DNA of 64,000 nucleotides from Perkinsus olseni (Eukaryota): NCBI GenBank assembly GCA_013115125.1, contig JABANN010000006.1, positions 1 to 64,000 of the forward strand, read 5' to 3'. Shown piece by piece: positions 56,181 to 64,000 of this stretch (position 1 is its first letter; each line of letters starts with the position of its first letter). The notes under the pieces were generated by a model. It saw only the letters and a program-made list of their open reading frames with translations, ran no database searches and was not told where the DNA came from. The position numbers and the translations under genes were made by a program.

Positions 56181-57524
56181 TCACTGAGAGACTGCCGCAG
56201 CCATTAGAGCCGCTCCCACACCCGAACCATCACTGCTGTGAACGGTATGGATGAGCGAGGCCATGACGTCACCTACAATCTTGCTGAAGGCCATCGCAAG
56301 ACGCTCTGGGTAATGATAGCCTTTGAGATAGAGAGAACCATCAACACCAATAGTCAGACATCGGGGCATGCCATGGTCCACACAGACTTCCCGCATGTGT
56401 CGCTTGTTCTCGCGGCCAATACCGCACTTCTCGGCCACAGCAGCCAGTCCAGCGGCACACAAGTTGGCACTTCTCTCAACTACCGCATCGCCAATGGTTC
56501 GGAAAACAATTCTAACCACCTCATCATCACACTCGAAGCCGTCCTCCTCCAGCGCTGCACACACGAACTTGGAGTCCAACGGTCCCTCGGTGAGGAAGTC
56601 AGGGAGCTGCTTGCCAGGCGAGTAGTCCTTGAGCACATCCAGACAGGCGAGTCGAGTGAGCTCACCGAGGTACATGCCCGATATCGTTTTTTCGTACAAC
56701 TGCTTGCCCGGGTTCGGCGAGGCCTCATCAACGGCACGGTCATACTCGTTGAGAACCTTCTGGACCTTCCTGAAATTGTATCCACCCCACTCGGTGTTGA
56801 CCACCAAGTTGCCGAGAGTAGGATCGGAGTAAGCGGCATTAGTACCAGTACCAATGATCATGCCTATCTTGCAAGTACCGCAACCTTCGAACTGATAAGC
56901 GCAGGTCATGAGAGTTCCGACGGTATCGTTGCACAAGGCTGCAACGTAGATCGGGACGCCTCGCTTCTCCATCGCTTTAGTGAGCAGGGCAGCGGGGTCC
57001 TCCCCAACCACCCCCGCAGTCGAGAAGCCTTTCGTCCACTCCACCAGAGTACCGCGAGTGATGGTCTCCTGGCTCATAGGAAACGAGAATGTGAAGCCAG
57101 CGGGGATGACGCCCTCATCCTCGAACTTGTCAGTCATCTCCTTCGCTGTGACTGCTATGAAGTCGAACAGGTCATCCGAGGTACTACTCATGACACCCTT
57201 CGGTATAGGCTTGCGGTGCTCGGCAACTTCCGGCTTCTCTCCGTGGCCGAGTACGACTCTGAGGACCCTGAGATAGGTTCCCCCTAGATCCAAAGCGTAA
57301 TATACACCCTTCTCATAGCCACGGGGGAGGACGTCGATGTGCGTGTTGAGCATCTTGATACTGGACACGTCCGAAGGAGCTCCAAGGCCCTCACCGGCCT
57401 CCCAGCCAGCCCGCATTTCACGCAGAAAATCATCTTTCATCTCTACCAGCGTCGGGGCCGGTACGTCGAACTTGTCCAAGACCTCATCCAGACGCTGAGA
57501 CACTGCCGAGTTGGAATCGGTCAT
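56181..57524 (-). CDS. HK: Hexokinase, intronless, 447 aa (ATG at 57524)
   Basis: ALDLGGTYLRV, GFTFSFP, WTKGF, NDTVGTL, MIIGTGTNAAY, NTEWG, EKTISGMYLGE, VDGSLY and DGSGVGAAL. Confidence 0.97.
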   Translation of the reverse strand: MTDSNSAVSQRLDEVLDKFDVPAPTLVEMKDDFLREMRAGWEAGEGLGAPSDVSSIKMLNTHIDVLPRGYEKGVYYALDLGGTYLRVLRVVLGHGEKPEVAEHRKPIPKGVMSSTSDDLFDFIAVTAKEMTDKFEDEGVIPAGFTFSFPMSQETITRGTLVEWTKGFSTAGVVGEDPAALLTKAMEKRGVPIYVAALCNDTVGTLMTCAYQFEGCGTCKIGMIIGTGTNAAYSDPTLGNLVVNTEWGGYNFRKVQKVLNEYDRAVDEASPNPGKQLYEKTISGMYLGELTRLACLDVLKDYSPGKQLPDFLTEGPLDSKFVCAALEEDGFECDDEVVRIVFRTIGDAVVERSANLCAAGLAAVAEKCGIGRENKRHMREVCVDHGMPRCLTIGVDGSLYLKGYHYPERLAMAFSKIVGDVMASLIHTVHSSDGSGVGAALMAAAVSQ

Positions 57525-58492
57525 TAACCGTAAAGAGAGTAAAACTCGCCTGCCCAATGAGATGAAGATTCAGATAAAACAAGAATGAGCGTTCTGCGCG
57601 ATAGCTACTATCAGACTCGTAAACACACCCTCTCCAACGGCCATCCTCAGCGGTCCACTCAGCAAGACTATCAGCATATAGGGCTTGGAAACCGCGAAGG
57701 AGCAACTACGTCGATCGGCGCTGAATGATATTATCACAGGACTAGCATGGCCAGATATCGTTGCACGTATATTTCTCTGTGCGTACTCTCTTAACAGCAG
57801 CCACCCGCCTGATGATGTAACTCCTACGGTACAATATCCGATTGACGAGCAGTTTCGCATGAAGCTAGCTGCTCCGAAAAGTCGCACAGCTGATCTAGCC
57901 CGACCGTGTTGCACAACAAGAGCAAACCCTTCTCATTAACACAACCTCCAACACAACTCTGAAGTGGCACTTGGTAAGATGATGAATGTACGGTCTCTGA
58001 TGATGACATCCTACACGTTAGACGAGCGCTAACGAAGAAGTGATGTTGTTCAATGGGGATCGCAGTAGTAGCAGCAGCAGTAGTACTTATACGACTCTTT
58101 ACTATAAACAAACAAGAGTAACAGATGTCCGCTGACTGAGAGAAGGAGGGCCGACGTCATTCAAGTTGTCAACTACATGAACAGCGGCAACATCAGCCAC
58201 CTTTTAGCGAAGATACGGACTGAGTGCAGTAGGCAGGTAACTTTACCATCGCCATAACAGCTGATAAGACGGCACACATCCGAGGGAAACCATGGTACTA
58301 CTATTTAAGCGGAGATGTAGATAAATTACAAGAGTACAACATTATCCTGATCAACAGTGATGGCCTGATGATCAAGCTAACACAATCTATCGCCAGTTAC
58401 AGTACTCAACTAGGGACACACTGATCATCATCAACCCCCACCACCACCACAATGATGGTGATAAGAGTAGACGATCAGGCATTCCTTAAAAT

Positions 58493-59836
58493 TTATCGAG
58501 ACACGGCAGCGGCAACAAGGGCGGCACCGACACCAGATCCATCACTACTATGAACAGTGTGGACCAAGGAAGCGGCGGACTTGCCGATAATCATGGCGAA
58601 GGCATCATCCAAACGCTGAGGATAACGGTAACCCTTCTGGTAGAGAGAACCGTCAACACCGATGGTCAAAGACCTGGGCATGCCATGAACAATGCAAACC
58701 TCGCGCATGTGACGCTTCTCGCTATCCATGATGTTGCACTTCTGAGCAACAGCCGAAAGGGCGGAGGCGCAAAGGCGGGCACTACGCTCAAGAACGGCTT
58801 CACCAATACCACGGAAAACAGTCATAATAACCTCGTCATCGCAACCGAGATTCTCGCCTTCCAAAGCGGCGCACACGTACTTGGTGTCAAGGCCTGACTC
58901 GTTGAGGAAATCAGGCAAGTGAGCAGAGTAGCCCTTGAGAACATCGAGGGTGGCCAAACGGGTCAACTCGCCCAAGTACATACCGGAGATCGTCTTCTCG
59001 AAGTACTGCTTGCCCTTGTTAGGGGAAGACCTGTCTACAGCCTCATCGTAGCAGTTGAGGACGGAGGGGACGTTCCTGAAGCTATATCCACCCCACTCGG
59101 TGTTGACGACCAAGTTGCCGAGAGTAGGATCGGAGTAAGCGGCATTGGTACCAGTACCAATGATCATACCAACTCTGCAAGTACCACAGCCCTCGAACTC
59201 ATAAGAGCAAGTCATAAGAGTTCCGACGGTATCGTTACACAAAGCAGCAACATAAATCGGAACGTCTTGCTCCTTGAAGGCATTGTTGAGCAACTCAGCA
59301 GGGTCCTCACCGACAACACCGGTGGCGGAGAAGCCCTTAGTCCACTCGATCAATTTACCATGGTTAATGGCAGACTGGCTCATAGGGAAAGAGAAAGTGA
59401 AACCAGCGGGCATGAGATCATCATCATGGAACTTATCAGTAAGCTCCTTGGCGGTGGCGGCGATGAAGCCGAAGAGATCCTCAGCGGTGCCATTCATAAC
59501 CTCGTGCGGGATAGGCTTCCTGTTCTCAGCAATCTCAGGCTTCTTCTCGGAGCTGAGCACGACACGAAGAACACGGAGATTAGTTCCACCAAGATCGAGG
59601 GCGTAGTAGATGCCAGTCTCGTGACCACGAGGGAGCACATTAATATGAGAAGTAAGCATCTTAACGCTGGATGCCTCAGCAGGGGCACCAGCACCCTGAC
59701 CGGCCTCCCAACCGAGCTTCATCTCCTCCAGGAAGTCGTCCTTCACCTTAATCATCACCTCTCTGGGAGTCTCGAACTTGCCGACGGCTTCCGCCAAACG
59801 ATCGGAGATGTCGCTGGGAAGCGTGGTAGAAACCAT
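58493..59836 (-). CDS. HK: Hexokinase, intronless, 447 aa (tandem paralog)
   Basis: ALDLGGTNLRV, GFTFSFP, WTKGF, NDTVGTL, GTGTNAAY, NTEWG and DGSGVGAAL. Confidence 0.97.
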   Translation of the reverse strand: MVSTTLPSDISDRLAEAVGKFETPREVMIKVKDDFLEEMKLGWEAGQGAGAPAEASSVKMLTSHINVLPRGHETGIYYALDLGGTNLRVLRVVLSSEKKPEIAENRKPIPHEVMNGTAEDLFGFIAATAKELTDKFHDDDLMPAGFTFSFPMSQSAINHGKLIEWTKGFSATGVVGEDPAELLNNAFKEQDVPIYVAALCNDTVGTLMTCSYEFEGCGTCRVGMIIGTGTNAAYSDPTLGNLVVNTEWGGYSFRNVPSVLNCYDEAVDRSSPNKGKQYFEKTISGMYLGELTRLATLDVLKGYSAHLPDFLNESGLDTKYVCAALEGENLGCDDEVIMTVFRGIGEAVLERSARLCASALSAVAQKCNIMDSEKRHMREVCIVHGMPRSLTIGVDGSLYQKGYRYPQRLDDAFAMIIGKSAASLVHTVHSSDGSGVGAALVAAAVSR

Positions 59837-61375
59837 GGTGTTATTAGGTTAGTAAAAACTGCGACCCAGTTTTGGTAGAGGACTCTCACAGCTAAACCCT
59901 TCGTTGACGGCGGAGCGAAGCTCGAAAAATAAATTACATGAAAAACGCCCCCACCGCGGATCGTACACCCGTGCCCTAACCGCGGGAAACCGCCAAGTTC
60001 AGTGATTTCCGCAGCTTCCATAGCGTGACTTAGCCGAGCAGTCCGGTGAGATCGTATCCGTCTAGCCTCGACTCTCGTCAACAACACAACACAAATCCTA
60101 TTGGGTTTGCAAGTGATAGAACAGGTAACTCTGTTAAGTTGCTCAAACATGAAAGATAATCACGATGAGCGGAGAGTACATCAATTAGAGGAGAATTTTG
60201 CGATAAATTTACGGGCTGTGTGTAGTCTACGACCCCTATGTGACACAAGACAAATCGGACAATTAGTATTAGGTCGCGCAGCAGGAGCGGCCATGAGCTG
60301 CATCGAAAGCGACGATCTTGATGTCTTGCATGGAGATCTCGGGCTCATCCAACTCATCAGTGCTGGTACATGAGAAGTTGAAGATATGGATGAAGCCACG
60401 CGACCTGAACAGGAGCGCTACAGCTACCATGACTGCTGCTCTGTGCCGAACAAACTAGCGAGAAGATTCGCTAAAGGGCGCTACGTTAAATGCTGAGGTT
60501 TAGCGATATATACCAAAGTCACCGTAGATCAGTCGGCGAGAACAATGATTATGGATACTCCAGATTCCAAAAGTCATTGTTCTCGGTGAGTTCCAGGAGT
60601 TCCACAGTTTGGAACTAACTTTGAATCAATCCGCCGGAGAGGGAATATCTTTCAGCTCAGAATTCATGGTTATTGTACAATATAATATTGATGGCTAGTG
60701 TGTCAAGCCTCCATGTGACCTCGACCTGAATCCTGGGAACCCCAAACGATCTCGTCTTCCCAACGACGACGTCGTCGACGAGGGAAATATCCCCTGTCCG
60801 TATAGCAGGCGCACCATGAGCAGCAGGGCCGAGGTATGTCTAGCTCGGAAGCTCGTCTGTAAATCACTGAGGGTCGTGCCTTCGGCTGCATTGAAGGGAG
60901 AGGACTTCTCAGCTACTGGGTTGGCGGTAATACGACCATTCTACTGACGCCCGGTCTCAGTAACTCTATGCATTGTAGGTGTGGCGCCTTTCCCCCCTTT
61001 CCACCCATGCTTACATTTTGATAGCTACATCATATGGTAGCGGCGTCGAGCGAATTTGTTTCCTCGCCGAACGCAAAACTGCGCTCGAAGAAAACTTTCC
61101 CGCACTTCGAGTTTCCGTCTGTGCTGTTAGCCTGACGAACGATTTTCCTCGCCCATTCTTCGCCTTGGTCCTAGGTCCTGGGAGTCTCCTCTCGCATCAA
61201 CGGTCTGACTTGCGTTTCAACCCCTGTTAACTCTCCGTCGCTCCGCCGATGCTACCTTACGATGAACGTGGTTATTCACGATTATCGTCTGTAGTCAGAT
61301 AGAACTTTAGACTCTTACTCCGCAAGTGGTGTCCCATGTCAATGCGTACCCTCAGCCCTAACCATATCTCTTGAC

Positions 61376-62302
61376 ATGAGATCAACAGCCGCCCCATCCT
61401 CCGCCACTGCGGCCGTTCTCGGAGCTCTCATGCTCCAGAGTGCCGCTGCCACCAACTCGGTTGACTACGCGTGCCATATTCGTGCCGATAACTCCACAGT
61501 GCCAACAATCTCTTGTTGCATTGCGTCCAAGAGCCGCGGTCTGTTCGACCTCGGAGAGCCTAAGTGGCTCCCGCGCATCTATTCTGAACATGCTGTTGAG
61601 ACTGATGAGGATGGTGTGGAAAGATACGTGAGTAGCTCTTGTATCGTTCATCCAGACCTCAAGGATGGTAAACCATACATGGGGGCCGATAATACATGCG
61701 GTATCGATTGGCTCCGAGACGCCGGTGGCGTAGAATAAATCAGCGGACCAAATGGCTATTTGGTGGATATGCCACTCGAGGGCGGCGAGACTTACAAACA
61801 GCAGCACTTTCAGAAACTAGAAATGGAGCCGATCAGTCGAGTGACACTCAACCGTGTTGGCCGAAAACACGACTTGGTTGGAAGATTCGCCAACGATGAG
61901 CCTGCCAAATGGAGAGCAGAATTCTACCTTGAATCCAGCTCTTCCTCTTCCTCCTCCTCTCCTCCTTCTTCTGCCTCGGACGTCGTGAAGCGTCGTGTGT
62001 TTCCGATATTCGAAGTGACAGACCCAAGGAGGCATTCGAGGGGGCGAACACTTGAACCAGAACATATGCTCAGCAGCTTCTCCGACCGAAAGATTGCGGT
62101 GGGTGAATGTATACCAGAAAGGTTCTGGGATCTTTGGGGAAAGCCTCCGGGGGAGGCCTTCTTCTTCAAATTCGGGTCCAGCGCCTGGCCTGGTGAATAC
62201 GCTCTCTTCCTCAAGTTCAATGAGGAGGCCTTCATACTGTTCAATGAAACGGATAGAGTTCGCAGAAGAGCCTCTGCCAATCTCGCCTCGACAAGCGGGT
62301 AA
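61376..62302 (+). pseudogene. Secreted protein ORF (~308 codons) interrupted by a single in-frame TAA at 61736-61738
   Basis: Signal-peptide-like start (AAVLGALMLQSAAA). ORFs 61376-61738 and 61760-62302 are in the same frame, with only the TAA and seven sense codons between them. Confidence 0.6.
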
Positions 62303-64000
62303 CCAGGTCAATGAGTATTCTCATTTCTTCGAACGAGCTAGTGCTAGTCCACTCACATGTCTCCCTATAAAATTTGTGTGGAGCCAGTCTCCCACTTATG
62401 CCCTGCTGTCCAAATGCTGGTATCGTTAAAATTACATGAACATGAATGGACCTGTTGTCCTTGCTTCAGGGGTGCAGCATCCGGAGACCTCAATATGGGA
62501 AGATTATAACAAACCCCCGCCAAGGTACCGCGATGGTCCTGACAGTGAGAGACCCCCGTCCTCAATTCCTTCTCCTTAGTTACGAGGAGCTTTTCGATAA
62601 GGAACGCCACTAATACCACACCACCGTGATCTCTCGAGACGGGAGTCCAACATCGTAACGAACAGAGAATGCATTTTAACCCTCGCTATTCTGTTGTTGT
62701 TATTGCTGTTATTGGTGTAGTAGCGGCATCTAGTTGTTGCGTTGCCCACAGTCACAGGTGCAATAAAGGGCTGATCTTGGAAGGATTTTGTCCGGTGTCC
62801 TGAGAGGCCCGGGGTGACAGTATCAGAATGGTAATAGCGTGTTCTGCATCTCTTGTCATTTAGCGTGTCAAGGTGCCCCAAGGTTCCAAGCTCTCTGTAT
62901 GCTGGCAAGCGATACATGAAGCATTCTCATTAACGTTGTAGATCGGCATAGGATGGCGAGGATACTCATGAGGGCATACTGGTGTGTCGTACCAACAAGG
63001 GAAGATCGCGGGCTGAGGTTCCAGTGGACTCAAACCGTCCAGCCGTTCGTGGCACAGCCGGCGGCTACAATCACCAGAACGACAGTGATGCCTGCTACAG
63101 GGCCGGCTGCGGAGGTATCTACAGAGGCTCCTTCCACGACCTAGGGTGAGGGAGCCTCAGGCTCCAAGGGGATGAGTCCCACGTCCCTCTCCAACCGACA
63201 ATACGACAACTTAGAGAGGTTCGTGTGCTCGTGCGGAGCGACTGTTAGCCTGACCCATTGAGCTGATACAGGGCAGGCGCTGGTCGCATTTCGAATATCT
63301 ACTGGCTACTATAGAATGATTCGAAACGCAGTGATGCGATGGAGGACGTCAATTCTACTGTCGAAGCTCCCCTTCACAAGGCACCCTGGTGGCTCTAGAT
63401 TCCATACAAACTGCCATCACGCCTCTTGAGTTCGGTGGTTATGACTGCGTGCGCACACAACCCATGTCCCCTAGCGCTCGAGACAACTGATATTCCTATT
63501 GTATTGATCAAGTTACGATGCTCATCAGAAACACTACTATTCTGTTCTAGGAATAACCATACTCGACAGACAACGGCTGCCGCTAGTTGGCTCTCACCTT
63601 CTCAACACGAATGGGGATGTCCATCGAGCATGGCCCTCGCCGTCGTCGACACTCCACTCGCATACGTCCCCTCGAACCTGACCGCTATTGTTAGTCGAAG
63701 AGACGCTGCAGTAGCCATCAAAGCTCACCACTATCTCCCACGTCTCACTCATAAGGACAACGTCTTCTTCAGTGTAGTGAGGCTGCTGTTGCTGGCCTGC
63801 AGCCCTTGTGAGCAGCCCCGTCTTGGGAGGCCGCGAGAGGACCGCGTCGCCGCCTACCTGCGGCGCGCATAGTTTCCCGCTGTGCGGGGCGTGCGTCTCT
63901 TACATAATATCGTTCACTCAGACCGGACCCTCCACGGAATGTTCGCTCGACCCAAAGCCAACACGTCGATCCTGGCCAACTCTCCAGTGGCCCAGCCTGA

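Noticed and set aside
56238-59878. Long plus-strand ORFs (349 aa and 319 aa) antisense to the hexokinases
   Set aside because: Shadow ORFs explained by codon bias of the sense genes. No recognisable protein features.
63426-63872. 148-aa ORF near the window end
   Set aside because: Non-ATG start and no recognisable domain.

Overview
Compact, intron-dense eukaryotic genomic DNA (mostly ~45-60 nt GT-AG introns, short intergenic gaps, genes in long same-strand blocks). The style is most consistent with a perkinsid alveolate (Perkinsus-like), which is an inference. Because genes are spliced, most entries in the ORF track are exon fragments or noise, and all gene ends below were traced by eye and are approximate. 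Contents in order: two GH31 alpha-glucosidases plus a GH31 pseudogene fragment; a frameshifted small secreted-protein gene; a repeat/retroelement-remnant zone with a tRNA-derived element; a large PAS-HisKA-HATPase-receiver protein fused to a catalytically degenerate class III nucleotide cyclase domain; a multi-EF-hand protein; a hypothetical protein; a membrane RING-H2 protein; a caspase-fold (C14) protease; two tandem P5-type ATPases; the Pol III subunit RPC6; a Mis12-like candidate; a TBC/rhodanese protein; GCP4 with an apparent L-type lectin insertion; a second small secreted protein; MCM6; two intronless hexokinases; and a secreted-protein ORF broken by one in-frame TAA. The most striking item is the hybrid histidine kinase-receiver-pseudocyclase gene, which lies directly downstream of a calcium sensor gene.
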